Shown here: one piece after another, positions 1 through 14,173 of the stretch | Layout of the letters: the number at the start of each line of letters is the position of its first letter | Position numbering within the stretch: position 1 is the stretch's first letter | Assembly (NCBI GenBank): GCA_910592345.1 | Contig: CAJVPI010000230.1 | Coordinates: 1 to 40,783, forward strand | Source of the DNA: Paraglomus brasilianum | Taxonomy: Eukaryota | Length of the DNA stretch: 40,783 bases | Direction: 5' to 3' | Made by a program: the position numbers and the translations under genes | The notes under the pieces: generated by a model | The model's input: only the letters and a program-made list of their open reading frames with translations | Told to the model about the DNA's origin: nothing | Databases searched by the model: none

Positions 1-109
1 TGCAAAAAGCAAAGCTACAAAATGATATAAAAAGTTTGTGTAATTATTATACTGGATTTTGCATAAAATCGAAAAAACTCTCATCGGATACTTTTGTCCA
101 GGGAGTGTA
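1..109. mobile_element. Probable right end (terminal inverted repeat) of a Tc1/mariner-like DNA transposon or MITE; the rest lies outside the window
   Basis: The reverse complement of 85-109 reads TA|CACTCCCTGGACAAAAGTATCCG. This is a TA target dinucleotide followed by a Tc1-like TIR (CA-start, AAAAG.ATCC core). No partner TIR was seen in the window. Confidence 0.5.
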
Positions 110-3100
110 TATACACGTACTAGCACACAATCAATCAAATTCGAGCACTACCTCAAAGCAGGAGGCCTAGTGTTTATATGGTCAAGACAGATCTCATTTA
201 GATTAAGTAGATCGTAGCCTAAGCTATCTAATTTTGATAATCAAGCATTAAATTGATAGGCTTCTTGAGTTCTTTTTGCCAACCATAAACTTGTGAAAGA
301 AGATTCGAAGAGAAAGCTTGAAAGAGAAAAAAATCATTCGATCCCATTAAATTTTAAGAGTGTATTTTTGAAAATTAAAAGGGAGGATCAATTCCCTATA
401 TCGACATTAGCAGAATTACATTTCGCCTTTCAGGCTAATAAGAAATATAAATTTTTGATAGTATAGTAGATTTTTGGCTTTATTGCCCAACTACAGATAT
501 ACTGCTAAAATTGGAACACATGATTTTTGATACAGCAAATTAGCTCAAGGCTGTAAGAGCTGTGAATCTGTTTTCATATTATAGTATTGTAAGAAGAGAA
601 CCCAGTCTTTGGAGGAGCTTAAAAACAGTCTCGGCTGAAATAGAAATCAACAAGATGATCTAAAAAGCTATCATCTGATCGAGTTTAGAATTGATATTTT
701 CGATCTTCGCGTCAAGACTATCGACTTTTCGTTCGAGGTTTTGTAGATTGAGGTACACACATGAGTGCGACGTTTCCTGGCTCTATTTTTTCGCATTCAT
801 AATAAAGTTGATATCCTTTCCGACCCAGTTGACGTCGACCAGTTCTAAACCACTCTATCACGTCTTCTTTCTTTCACCTCATATATGGTGTTAAAACTGG
901 CTTTAGCGTGCAAATATAGCTTGGAAATAAAGTCGTAACTCTATTGTAAACGTTGGTTATTTTATTATTCTACAATTCTAGAAGCAGAACGTTTTCACCT
1001 GATCGATTAGAAGTATTATCGTCACAACATCTCAATTTTTTCTTGCCAAAAGCGATCTGTGTGCAAATTGTCACGTACGCAAGATTGGTTAATATTTCGA
1101 ACGGATGAAGCGGAAGTGTAGGTGCTAATTTTTATTGTAATCAATGTAAACATTGATTTTTTAAACTTGGAATTCCTAGTTTCATCAAGCTTTTGAGATT
1201 CAGTATACAGTCTTAAGTGGAATCCTTGTCTGTGAGTATTTCAGAAGCATTGCGTGTTTCCTGCTTTAGAAATGCTCTTGCTTAGATGGAGCCATTTTGT
1301 AGTAGAATAACTCTCAGAATTGACAAGTGATTAAACTTATAATTACGTAAAATAAATAACACTAAAAACAAGCTTTTGTTTTTATTTTACATGACATGAA
1401 TGGTCCAAAATTGGAAAAGTTACCTATACACAAACTATAGAGAATGCTGTAAGTTGTCTCTTTTTGCACATCACTGTATAGTTTTTTTAGCACGTGATGT
1501 TATGTACCGCGCGTAGATCGATATATATCCACGTTATGGACTAGTCACGCACATCACTACTGGCGTATGGCCAGGCATGTCCAGTGTGCCGTTGACTTTT
1601 CATGCTTCTTTTGTCTAATTTGTGTGTATATAATGCGCTTTAGTTACTCATAAATTATCTGCTAAAATGTTCGAGGTAAAAGTAAATGAATTTCTTGAAA
1701 CTACGACAACAAAAATTGGTCGATTGTTCTATACTGAAATGCATCGAATCGAAGTCTGATATATCTGTTGATATGATAGAACCATTGAAAGAAGAAATAC
1801 ATTCGGGTTTTGATTGAATAGATTAAAAAGTGGGAAAAAAAAAATTCATACAACAGTGTGTCGAAACGTGGTGATAGCAAGTACGTTGCAAGCGTTGAAA
1901 ATGGGTTTCTGACAAACCTAGTAGTGATGAAAAAGAAATCGGTTTAATGAGAATTCTGTTAGAAACATCGTATGAGCAAACAAGAAATAGCAGGCATGTG
2001 CAAAGTGGAAGTTGAAAGACCCAGCCGTTGACGATGAATCTGACCGGGCTACTAAACATTTGAGTTGGAGAGTAATATTACATTGTTATATATTAGACTG
2101 TGAATGATCTAATTATTCTGCTCGTTTTACAGTCCGGGAGTAATGCTAGAACGACATTGGCTAGAAACCCAAATCCAGATTCCATTGTCACAACTGACTT
2201 AACAGTGAATGATTCAATGGCGAATAATCCGGTAGGTTTAATCTGAATTTATCAGGTGCGATTCTTTATAAATTTTATGGTATTGATTATAGACAAAAGG
2301 ATTATTAAGTTTGGTCAAAAAGTTGTGCACCGTTTGTCATCGAAGCCCAGTGAGTCTGTTGATACATTATGTTACTAGAATTCTTGCAAATAATTAACGT
2401 ATTATTATTTTGGATATACTGTGCAGGTCTATTGAATCGAGAATTATTGACTTAACTAATTGGACATATAAAGAATTTGAAAACTAAAGATAAATATATA
2501 CTGGCTCGTATTTTTCAAAAAAGAACTGCTGGCTAGTACTGGTAATAGGTAATGCTTATACTTGTAGAATAATGATATGAATATAACCAATATTGACTAT
2601 TTATAGAAGCCGAATTTAGTACTAATCGTGGACACTGAAGATGTAACGTTGACTTTGTTAGGTTCAAACCATACATTAATTGCTTCAAGATTTCTTGATA
2701 AGCCGGACCATGCACAGCAGTCGTGTCCGCCTTATCGGGTATATCCTAAAAAAATTATTATTGCTGTTACCAAATGAAGTTACATGTTATTTGTTCTAAT
2801 GCTTGAATAGGGAAAATGGTAATTTCAATCACGCGTTGTATAATTCCTGGCAGAATTAGTGTTCGTATCAGCTACACATTATACAAAACAGTATTTAGTT
2901 AAGTCCTGTCATTAAATAAAGCTGTGGGAGTTTTTTAAGTGTAAAATGCTTAATCACTTTCTCTCTATACTCTAGGGCTAAATAATATTTTTCCATGTAT
3001 TAGTATGTCAGCTATTTTTTTTTTCTTCGGAAAAGAAGCATCTGTGAAAACTTTCGTTACTAATCTTATTATTATCTTATTGATAATTATATAAAACAAT

Positions 3101-3654
3101 GGGGGAGATAAATAGGTAAAGCTAGACCGAAGATCACATGCAAAATAAAGAGATTAGATGCAGGATCTGAAGAAGTTATTTAAAATTAAATCACCGAATA
3201 ATAAACACGTAAGAACTAATACTAACCCTTAATCTGAAGGTTAACTCGTGAGTTGGTAATAATAATCATAAGATATACAGCTTAACTCACGTGACGGAAT
3301 TCTTACTATTACATACTAATACTAATAGCATACGATAATAGTAGCGATCACATCAGGAAAGGGACCCTGTTTTGGGGGGTTAGTGTCGAGATTTAAATTG
3401 CTTTGCTTCATATCGATCAAAACTAATAAACTCCGCCATAACTGGGAAAATGTTACGATCCTGGTTCTTAAGTAACTTGATATCGCTCGTAAGGCAAATT
3501 TCTCATTTTGTTGGTCTCAATTGTATGAGCTTGTTGTAAAATAAAATAAAATAAATAATGTGGCGCTAACATTTCGACCCCTGAAATCTTACTGTGACAC
3601 CTATGTTCACTTTGCCTGGTTTTGTTGCAACGTATTAAAATACCGGCCTAAAGA

Positions 3655-6331
3655 ATGAATCTGAATAGGCTTCGACATGCGGCGATTTGTCTCCTTCGAA
3701 ACAGTCGTCTTTATAAACATTACGCTATCTTCCATACGAACAAGCTTTATATTCCGTTGTCTATAAAACGACTCCTTTATACAGAAACAGCTACAGATCC
3801 GCAACATACAAAACGCATTCCCGGTTTGTGCCATGCAAACATACAGAATTCGAACGACAAATGTCATGCGTCTGCAAACGACGATGTACTAAGAGTCTTG
3901 TTTGACGATCAAAGGGCTTGGGAAAGGTTTTCAAAACACAAGTCATTATTTGACTCGCGAACTTCTTCCGGACTATTTCGGAACCAAGATCTTGCAACTC
4001 CTACTGGTTTCGAAATAGCTGCTCAGAAAGCATTGCGCAGAGCAGAACTGCTCGTCCAGAGAATAAGTAATGCCGAGACTAAAGACGAGTTGAGAAAGGT
4101 CGTAAAGAATCTAGATCGTGCGAGTGATATACTTTGCTCTGTCATCGATCTTGCTGAATTCGTGAGAACAGCACATCCGGATCAGAGTTATGTCAGAGCA
4201 GCTACTTGGGCTTACGAGTACTTATGCTCGTACATGAATACTCTCAATACCAACACTAATTTATACAAGGTAACTCCAGTTTGCTTCGTTCTCTAAATTC
4301 CCTAAATTGAAACTTTGACTTTTATCTACTCACGTAATTGACACTTATTTTCTGCTCCCATATTACAGGCTCTTAAACGCGTTCTCTCAATGCCCTCAAT
4401 AGCACATGATTTTTCGCCGGAAGAACTCCAAGTTGCTACTATTTTTCTTCGCGATTTTGAGAAATCAGGCATTCATTTGCCAGAGAAAGATCGACAACGG
4501 TTTGTTGACATATCTGATAAAATAATAGCGCTCGGTCGACAGTTTACACAGACACCTCCTGTTAGAGCTGTTAAGCAGATTGAAGTGTCGCCTGCGTCTA
4601 GCTTAGAAGGATTGAATCCTGGGTATGTAAAGGATGTTACTAGAGAGGGTGAGCAAGTGGCCGTTATATCGACTAATCAGGGGGAGGCGCAGATGGTGAT
4701 GAAGTATTGTAGGAATGAAGAGGTAAGGAAACAGATGTACTTGGCCATCAACTCGGCGAAACGAGAACAGGTTGAAGTATTGGAGGATCTTTTGAGAACT
4801 AGGGCGGAATTAGCAAAGTTAGTTGGGATGGATAGTTATGGTCATATGTTTCTCGTGGACAAGATGGCAAGGGGTCCAGGTATTTGCAATGGCATTTGTA
4901 TTATTCGAGTTATATGTGTATTATTGCTACTAACTTGTATTCATACCTAAAATAAAGAACACGTACAAACATTCCTTCACACGCTCGCTGATCAACACAA
5001 ACCGAAAGCTCTTGCAGATCTGAGACTTCTCCAGGAAGCCAAGCGAAGCCATATCGGAAGCAACGACTCTGCCCTACCAACTGTAAATGCATGGGATCGT
5101 GATTTTTATATTGATGCCGTCGTCTCCTTCTCATCCTCCCAACGATCGACACCGATATCACCCTATTTCTCTGTTGGTTCTGTGATTCAGGGTCTCTCCC
5201 GACTGTTTTCGCACTTGTTTGGAATTTCTTTTCAGCCGGCGGAAATCTTACCTGGCGAAGTGTGGCATGAGGATGTTCGTAAGCTTGATGTCATTGATGA
5301 AAAAGAGGGTAAAATTGGTATTATTTATTGTGACCTGTTTAGTCGACAGGGCAAAATTTCCAATGCTGCCCATTATACTGTACGTTGTTCACGGCGTGTT
5401 GACGACGACGATGTTGAGGGGGACATACCTTCTGGAGCCGATCATAACGAAATTGGCGAGTTGGCGGAAGGTGGTGAAGGTGTCGTTATTGGCGGAAAGC
5501 CTGGAAAGTACCAATTACCAATAATAGCTTTGATGTGTGATTTCTCAAGGACAGGAAATAGAGATGGGCCAGCATTACTTAGCTTGATTGAAGTCGAGAC
5601 ATTGTTTCATGAGATGGGTCATGCGATGCATTCAATGATTGGGAGGACGGATTTTCACAGTGTATCAGGTAAACCTTGTTATGGATATCTAATTATGTCG
5701 TCTTTCAATTATGTATTAAATTTATCGTCATTATTTTCATACAGGTACCCGATGCTCCACTGATTTTGTTGAAATACCTTCGATTCTTATGGAACACTTT
5801 GTGTATTCGCCTGAGGTGCTCAAACTGTTTGCTAAACACTACGAAACACGTGAAGACATTCCTATTGACCTAATTCGGTCTCATGCAGCAGCCAGATCTA
5901 CTTTTTCCGCAATAGAAACGCAATCTCAAATTCTTATGGCTCTTCTCGATCAAATATATCATTCGCCTCTCCTTGCTTCTACGTCTTTTGATACTACAGC
6001 TATTTTAGCTAAACTGCAAGACACAATTGGACCTTTTCCCTCAGCGCAAGGGACAGCATGGCAGATACAGTTTGGACACTTATTTGGATATGGTGCTGGA
6101 TATTATAGCTACCTGTTTGGAAGGGTGCTTGCCGGTAAAATATGGAAGGTACTATTTCAGGATAATCCTTTGAGCAGAGAAGCAGGGATGAGATTCAAGG
6201 AGGAAATATTGAAATGGGGTGGAAGTAGAGACCCATGGGTATGCGTGGGTGAAGTGCTGGAAGATGAGAGACTAATGGCTGGCGACACGCAGTCTATGGT
6301 TGTAGTTGGTGAATGGGTGGACTCATTGTAG
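3655..6331 (+). CDS. OCT1: Mitochondrial intermediate peptidase (metallopeptidase M3A)
   Basis: Exons 3655-4269, 4369-4879, 4958-5668, 5745-6331 join in frame. It has a basic N-terminal presequence, LDRASDILCSVIDLAEFVR, the zinc motif TLFHEMGHAMHSM, the third-ligand region GTRCSTDFVEIPSILME and FGHLFGYGAGYYSY. Confidence 0.96.
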
Positions 6332-6678
6332 AGATTGATAATTGTTAAATACTAATTACTTACACAATAATATAATGACTCGGTTTGTTATTTGGAGAAA
6401 GGATGGAACTCTGTTTTCTTGTACAATTATTCTTCATTCAGTAGGAAGACGTGCGAACGTAAAACTGATGTATAATCGTACAATAAACTGCCTCAAAAGG
6501 TGCCTCGATTTTATAAACTGTTGGGAATGTTGCCTAGTTACGTCATGTTGAAATTTTATAGTTTAACGCAGATACCAGCAGCCAATTAACGACTACTGAT
6601 AATCACATTTCTCCGCAGCAAATAATTAGTATTAATTTTCATAATTTGAGTGTTTTAAACCATAACTTGCGTTCACAA

Positions 6679-9600
6679 ATGGCCGCACAAGGACAAGGCG
6701 AACAGTATTTTGCGACCGTAGCAGCGTTTTTGAATGGCACGCTATCACCTGACCAGAAACTCCGAAAGGAAGGTACGCATGTTATAATCCTGGTGGGAAA
6801 TACGTACTGGATAGAGTATTTGGTAGATAACCGCGCATGATAATTTTCTTATATAGCCGAGGAACAGCTATTCTCGGCAGAGAAACAACAGCCGAATTTT
6901 TCAATAGCTCTACTGAAATTAGTCGCAAACGAAAACATTGATTTGCAGATCCGCTTTGCAGCGGCTCTTTTTTTCAAAAATTATGTCAAGAGAAACTGGC
7001 TCGAGGTGACTATAATTAACAATGACGTATTGAACGGAACGGATTCCATGAAATTAATATTAGATATTCAATTGCAGGAGAGCGATCTACTTCCTGACGA
7101 TATTCGGATGACAATTAAAGCGGAGATTATCGACATCTTGGTTGCTATACCCGACAGGATAAGACCGCCACTTAGCGATGCTGTATCTCTGATCAGCGAA
7201 AGTGATTTCCCAGAGAAATGGGAAACTCTTATTCAGGTAATCAATATATCACGACGACAAACGTCATTCGTCGCTTGATACACGTTAATCGAGATACGCG
7301 CGCCCACACCCGATGATTTAATTAAACTATTTTATTGTTAACAGCAACTTGTGACGAAATTGACTGTCAAAGATTTCACACAAAATAACGCGATTTTAGA
7401 TACTGCACATGCTATATTCAAGAGGTAAAGTCAGGCCGAGTTTGATCATATGCGAGAAGATGATGGTAGCTCAATCGTTCTTAATTATCGTCTGACATTG
7501 GTAGATGGCGCCACGAATTTCGTTCAGATACGCTGTATTCAAGCATTAATTTTGTACTTAGTCAATTCTGTCAACCTTATTATGAATTACTAAAGGTATG
7601 TACAGTTTTACACGAAATTATCGTCCCTGGCAATGAGTAACCTTACTCGTGATTTTTTGCTGCATAGGCGACAGATTCTCTAATTGAAGTAAATGCCAAC
7701 AACAAACCAGTGCTTACAGTATTATTGCAAAGCTTGCTACTTGAAATGAAATTATTTTACGACCTCAATTACCAAGATTTGCCGCCTTTCTTTGAGGATA
7801 ACATGGCAGATTGTATGAATTTACTTCACAAGTATCTGACGTATACAAACCCTTTGTTCGTAAATAAGGTAAGTAATATTATTGCAGTCGTTTCAATGAT
7901 GAATTTATGATAATTGAATCGAATCGATTTCATTTTTCAGGATGATGACGAGGCCGGTCCTTTGGAGAGAATAAAGGCATCCATATGTGAAATCGTTGCC
8001 TTATATACAGCAAAATTCGAAGACGTTTTCACAATGCTTCCAACGTTTGTAGAAACGATATGGACATTGCTGACGACTACTGGAATATCGCCCAAATATG
8101 ATATTGTGGGTCATTGGAACTTGTGTTAAACGAATGCGTTGACTAGAGTATGATGATTAACTTGTTATTTTTTTTTCCAGCTTGTCAGTCAAGCTATGGT
8201 CTTTTTGACTACGGTTGTCAAGTTGGAGCGATACCGATCGCTCTTTAATCAACCAGAAACGCTGCGACAGTTTTGTGAAGCCATAGTGCTGCCAAATATG
8301 ACCTTAAGGAGTATGTAGTAGCAACTTTTAAAAGCCGTTTTTTTATGTATGTGTTAACACTTTGAGTTACGTTTGATATTGCAACTCTTTAAATGAATTG
8401 TGTTTTTAGGTGTCGATGAAGAGTTATTTGAAATGGATCCAATTGAATACATTCGAAGAGACATTGAGGGATCAGGTTATAACACAAAGATTTACGTGAA
8501 ACTGTTATGTATGAGCTGAGTTGTTTACCAGTTATACATCCCTATAGACAGTGAAACTCGTCGACGAGCGGCAACTGATTTTGTCCGTGGCTTGATGGTA
8601 CTTTATTTGGAACAGATCACTCAAATCATTAAGACCTACGTGGAACAGTACCTCAATGTTCGTAGATGCATTTATAACTGATGAAAAACGTAAAAATGCC
8701 TATTTGGCGCTTTTCTTTCCTCTTTACTTACTCATGCTTATCCCCCTCTCTAGACTTATAACCAAAATCCGGCAGTCAATTGGAAAGAGAAGGATACGGC
8801 AATATATCTATTGACATCTATTGCTGCGCAGGGATCTGTGACGAAAGTAAGGCCTGAATTTTAGTATTTGATTTCAGTACTTTTATATTCGATGCTGATG
8901 TTTTGTATTGTGATAACGTGTTTTATATGGAAGCACACTTATAATTTATTTACCAAATCTAATAGCATGGCGTTACAGCCATAAATATTTTTGTAAACGT
9001 TGTTGACTGGTATGACCAACATATCTTACCCGATCTTAAAACTCCAACTGACAGCGGTTCCGCTATTCTAAAAGTTGACGCCTTAAAGTATCTATACACC
9101 TTTCGTAATCAGGTATATATTCTTGCATGCAATTCAGTGACTTTTTTTTGATCAACACAAATTAACAGTCTCATACTTGTAGATGACTAAGGAGAAACTT
9201 CTCGAGGCCTTCCCTTATCTGATGCAACATCTGCGATCTTCTGGTTACGTTGTATATACTTATGCTGCTATTACTATAGAAAGAATTTTATTCATGAGAC
9301 GAGATAATGTTTTAGTGTAAGTTATTTGAATATAATAATGTATTGTCAAAACTCAGTGCATTAATTTTGTATAATTGATCATGTAGATTTAATCAAAATG
9401 ATATTCGACCATACACGCATGATCTTTTGATTATACTATTTGGATTGATCGAATCTGCTCCTACCCCGGCGACACTAGCAGAGAATGACTACTTAATGAA
9501 AGGTACTGCGCAAGTGCATCATCTTTGTAATATAATAGTTAAGCTAACAACTCGTGCTAAATTTGCCATACTCTTTAGCCGTGATGCGTGTGCTGTTTAC

Positions 9601-11367
9601 TAGTCGTGAAGAAATATCTCCGTATGTGGGAGATATAATTGATCATTTGAACAAAATACTAATTGTGATAAGCAAGAATCCGAGCAACCCCCAATTTAAT
9701 CATTATACATTCGAGGCTATTGGCGCTTTGGTGAGGTTGGATATTCATCGATTATTTGTTAGATTGAGCGTATTGCCCTACCTATCTTTAATATTTGCTT
9801 TTCCCCCCGCTATCAGGTTCTGTTGCGTTAATTCACAAGAGATATTAAGTCATATAGAAGGCGTACTCTTCCCCTCATTTCAAACCATTTTACAGCAAGA
9901 TGTAACGGGTATGCGGCGATTTTCGTAGGAGAATTGCAGTGTCTTTTTAGTATTAACCCTGTGATTAATCTAACATTTTGTAGAGTTTGTGCCTTATGTT
10001 TTTCAATTGCTATCTTCATTACTCGAATGTCATGTTGGACAAGAACTGCCAGAGATGTATCAAGCTATCCTGCCGGCATTGCTAAAGTCCAACTTGTGGG
10101 AAACTCAAGGTAGATAACGACTAATCAATGAAATCCAAACTCGTTCTTGTTTACAATTAATTTATCATCGAATCTAGGCAACGTGCCTGCGCTAGTACGT
10201 TTACTCCAAGCCTATCTTCATAGATCAACAACAAGTATCATTGTCAATAATCAACTTGAAGCAATCCTCGGTATCTTTCAAAAACTTCTTGCTTCCAAGT
10301 TGAACGATCAACTTGGACTTGAGCTTGTCTCTTCAGTCATTCAATATGTGCCCACGTAAGTATTCAATGATATAGTTGCTAATGTATGTTTCGATCTATA
10401 TCTTTTTAATCTATAAAAGTGCTTTATTTTCGTAATAGGGAGACTTTGAATCACTATATTGGACCTATATTTATTCTTATATTAAAGAAATTACAAAGTA
10501 CAAAGCAGGATAAGTTTCTAATTGTATTTGTTAAGTTTATATTTTGCTTTTTTGCAATCGATAAGGAGGGAGCTGGACCAGATTATATAATCCAAGTCAT
10601 TGATAGCATCCAGCCAAGGTATTCTAATTACATGATTTCAATCCTGTATGATAATGTTTGAATGTCTTGAATTTACACTGATTATACTGTATCGTAGTTT
10701 ATTCATGGGGCTCCTCAACGGGCCCATTATGCAGAATTTGCAAAAGGTCCAAGGAAGAATCGAACGCAAGATTTGTGCTGTGGGAATGACACGTCTTTTG
10801 ACCAAGTCTGAGAAAGTTATGGGCAGCGAATATGCTGAAGTCTGGTAAGAAAGAGAATTACAGCTACACGTCTAGTTACTAGAGTCGAAATATAGCTGTT
10901 GAATACTATTTGCTTTCTTCATCCAAAGCCAACAATTGACTGGATACTAATATATCATTTGGCAGGCCTACTCTTCTAGGCATGCTTGTGCGATTCTTTG
11001 AGGCACCAACGGAGGTTGAGACACATGCAGATGCCGAGGATAGTCTATACGAATTTGACCTCATCGAGGATCGAGAATTTAAGGCACAGTTTGCCAAGCT
11101 AAATTCAACGTCTCGCTTGAATAACGACCCAGTGGAGAACGTTGTCGATCCGCGAGTATTCTTAGCGCAATCGCTTGTAGAGGCAAACTCGCAATATTCT
11201 GGGACGGTAAGATACCACGTGATGGCATAAAGTAACGCCTTTTCTTAATTATTAATCAAATTTCTGCTATATAGGTATTCAGATTGATATCGGAGAAAGA
11301 GCCTCGCGAGTGTGTTGACTATATCAACGAATATATGAAACTTGCCGGATTTGGAAGTCTAATGTGA
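6679..11367 (+). CDS. CSE1: Exportin-2 / importin-alpha re-exporter Cse1 (importin-beta family), 22 exons
   Basis: Approximate exons: 6679-6772, 6857-7005, 7078-7236, 7345-7424, 7505-7595, 7668-7868, 7941-8105, 8181-8310, 8410-8475, 8548-8657, 8754-8846, 8966-9112, 9183-9316, 9387-9502, 9579-9735, 9817-9908, 9984-10109, 10178-10355, 10439-10618, 10698-10844, 10966-11206, 11275-11367. Motifs include IRFAAALFFKNYVKRNW (IBN_N), DLNYQDLPPFFEDN, ELFEMDPIEYIRRDIEGSDSETRRRAA, ENDYLMKAVMRV, ISKNPSNPQFNHYTFE and GNVPALVRLLQA. Confidence 0.95.
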
Positions 11368-11667
11368 ATATGATTTTAACGTAAAACATAACAAGTGTGC
11401 GTCGCGTGATGAGAGTATCTGCTAGCTCCATTAGATATTGTTTCATTTATCTAGATTACCATAGAATGGTATACTGAAATGAGTTGTATATGCACGGAAT
11501 TTTATATTAAAATGTTGTCAATTCTCAATGTATATCAACTTTGTAATGATGTCCATATTAGGAAATAGACCCGCACTTTGATAAGAGATTTTGTTAAAAT
11601 TCGTTTTCTCCCATTCCCTTGTCCATCAACCTGACCTTTTTCGCACACGAATTACTTGTGAACAATT

Positions 11668-13030
11668 ATGCAATCGGCTGAAGATTATATGGATCCTGAC
11701 GATTTTCTAGCTGAGGAAGCAGTTAGTTTGGTTTTTCATTCATGAGGAGGGTTTTATCTAGAATAAGTGTTTTATATGAAAATTATTTGATAGGTTATTG
11801 GGGTTAAGGGACTTCCATTTGATTCACAAGCGCTGATTAATATGGGCGTCAGCAACCGAGTACGTATGAAAGACAGACGTAATGAGGTTATGTGGCATAA
11901 GCACGCCGTTAATGTCTCGTTGTTTACAGGTTAGAGAAGTGGGTAATAATTATGAAGGCGAAGAACGAGTGGAGAGACGTACGCGTAGTAGCAGGAGACA
12001 ATTTGCGGATGATCACGATAACGATGACGATGACGTCACGAGGGAATCAATACAAGAGATACCTTACTGGGTTGCAATCAAGCTAGTCCAAAAGTAAGCG
12101 GCAGATCGTTATAAAAAATGATTATGTACAACCCAATTCTAGTCTGTATAAATAGAAGAGCAAGATTGCTTTATCTATTCATAACGTGAAGGAGGCCAAT
12201 TTTCTACTCGGAAAGATATCAACTAGTGGATATACAACCGTCATTTTAATGCCCCCCTAATATTCTTTGTAGAGGACTTGGAGAGTTGCAGATGCCAAAG
12301 ATATTTGGCCGACCGGTACGCAACGCATTGAAGGCAGACCCGATTCATGTGAATTTAGTTGAACAAGATCCACGATTCTTTGCATTTGGTGGCAAATTCC
12401 TTGAAGCGTATCCTTTGCATATTTCATGTGTCAATTCCTTACTTCAAAATTAATTATGATTCTTATAAAATTCTAGTGTAGAGGACCCTGAACTGGCTGA
12501 GGTTCTTGATAAGGTCAGTATCACATGATAATACCCATTTATCTGGTGGACTGGTGGATTAAATTATAACTAATATAGTTAGTGAATTGAGCCTCCAACT
12601 TTTTTAGCAAAGCAGTAGTGAATGCGATAGGCTACGTCATTATACTTATCTGCCCTTTATCCCGATTGGCGATTTACAGAGTTACGTACAGCGTACGCGT
12701 GCCACACTTGATCACTTGGAGTATGGAGCGGCAGGTAAGGAGACGGTCTTTGTTTCGAAGATGGACGAGACGGAAAGACAAGGTATGAGCCATTGAAGAG
12801 GAAAAGTCAAATGATATTTTAAATTACCATACATATATGGATACACATTCACATATGTATATATATGTGTGTATACGTATGGTATGCAGGTATATATATA
12901 TATATGTCATTACATTGTACGTTGTGATTGTCATTAGATGCTGACGTATTGTTGTTTCGCATTAGTGTACTTGGCGGGTGTGGAGACAGTCAGGGCATAC
13001 AAGACATGGGCATACAGTCGGAGGGAATAG
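11668..13030 (+). CDS. PSF3: DNA replication complex GINS subunit Psf3, 7 exons
   Basis: Exons 11668-11721, 11794-11859, 11930-12093, 12273-12407, 12477-12513, 12680-12782, 12966-13030. The spliced protein reads MQSAEDYMDPDDFLAEE...EIPYWVAIKL...MPKIFGRPVRNALKADPIHVNL...RFFAFGGKF...FVSKMDETERQVYLAGVETVRAYKTW, which matches the Psf3 motifs DxDDxLA, ELPxW, ALKADP and LDExER. Confidence 0.9.
12408..12476 (+). other. Candidate U12-type (minor spliceosome) GT-AG intron in PSF3
   Basis: The donor reads GTATCCTTT, the U12 consensus. TTCCTTAC at 12435-12442 and TTCTTATA near 12460 resemble U12 branch sites. Removing the intron restores the Psf3 frame. Confidence 0.7.
12835..12906. repeat. TA/TG-rich low-complexity microsatellite in the last PSF3 intron
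   Basis: Runs such as catatgtatatatatgtgtgtatacgtat and gtatatatatatatatgt. Confidence 0.6.
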
Positions 13031-13843
13031 GCGGGTGCAAGGGGAAAAGATGATTGGGTCAGAGGATGAGTGTGGGAACAAGAAAACAACGGGAGCAGGT
13101 TTTCATCTTGATATTTCAGTTGACGTGTGGAACCCCCATATGTAGATAGAAGCATTAATATGTAGTTGTAGTTGTATATCTCTTGAATGTTCAGTTTCCC
13201 TCTCAATTAAACCTGTTTGTTTCTATGACGGCGCTTCATTTTCTTCGTTTTCAGTTAGTTCGATTGCAATTTCGTTGTTTAAAATTTGCAAGATTTTATG
13301 CAACGCATACTTGGCTGTGCATGCTGAATGATGTGCTCGGCATAAGTAAATGCAATGCCTAAATAGTACAACTTGTAGTAGTAATTCAGATCGTCCATAT
13401 ATTTGGAAGTATGATGTTCGCTACTGTTTGGTTAGTACGTAGCAAGTAATTTGGGTTAGCGGTATGCATCCTATGCATAAGAATGTGAACGGATTTCAGT
13501 GCCGCAAAAGCAATTCAATTGTATCAGAACATTGAGTTACTTTATGCGACACTGAGGTAGTAGTACAGTAAGAACAAACGCCTCTTATTTCATTTATAAC
13601 GCCACCTAAATCATTTGATCTTTCTACTCTTCTCAGTTTCATGTCTCATACTTGTATCTCTTTTTCCACCTGTCTGAAGTCAGGTGTATGATGTCATATC
13701 GGCTGGGATAAGGGGAGACATTCATATGAGATCATATGTATAGCTATGATTTGCGTGGGATAAAACTGTCAGGGAAACGACCCTTTGATAAAACAGTATT
13801 ACATAGTATAGTTTGTATTATAAATTATAAAATGCTATCGATA

Positions 13844-13893
13844 TACTACTGTTATTACTACTGTTATTACTACTGTCACTACTGTTAATACTA
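13844..13893. repeat. Short tandem repeat, 12-nt unit TACTACTGTTAT, about 4 degenerate copies
   Basis: tactactgttat tactactgttat tactactgt cactactgttaa tacta. Confidence 0.7.
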
Positions 13894-14173
13894 TACGTTT
13901 GCAACAACTTGGCCTCTTCTCCTCGTTTATTATTATGATCATTGGTTGCATGTGCTCGGTGCAATGTTAGTAGTGCTTTGCACTTAAAGCATATGAATAA
14001 ATTAACTGAAGCAACCAAAACGGGCATAGCGTTTATCATCCCCGTAGATAGAATACGCGATAAACAATGAACACATTGAATGTAGTAACCATATTAATAA
14101 TATCTGATAACGCAATCTCCTTACGATGATGTACTGCTTATAACTACTCACTGTTTAAATCTTTATACTCCTA

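Noticed and set aside
811..820. ATATCCTTT (AT-AC U12 donor consensus)
   Set aside because: It lies in no recognisable plus-strand gene and has no matching branch or AC acceptor context, so it is likely chance.
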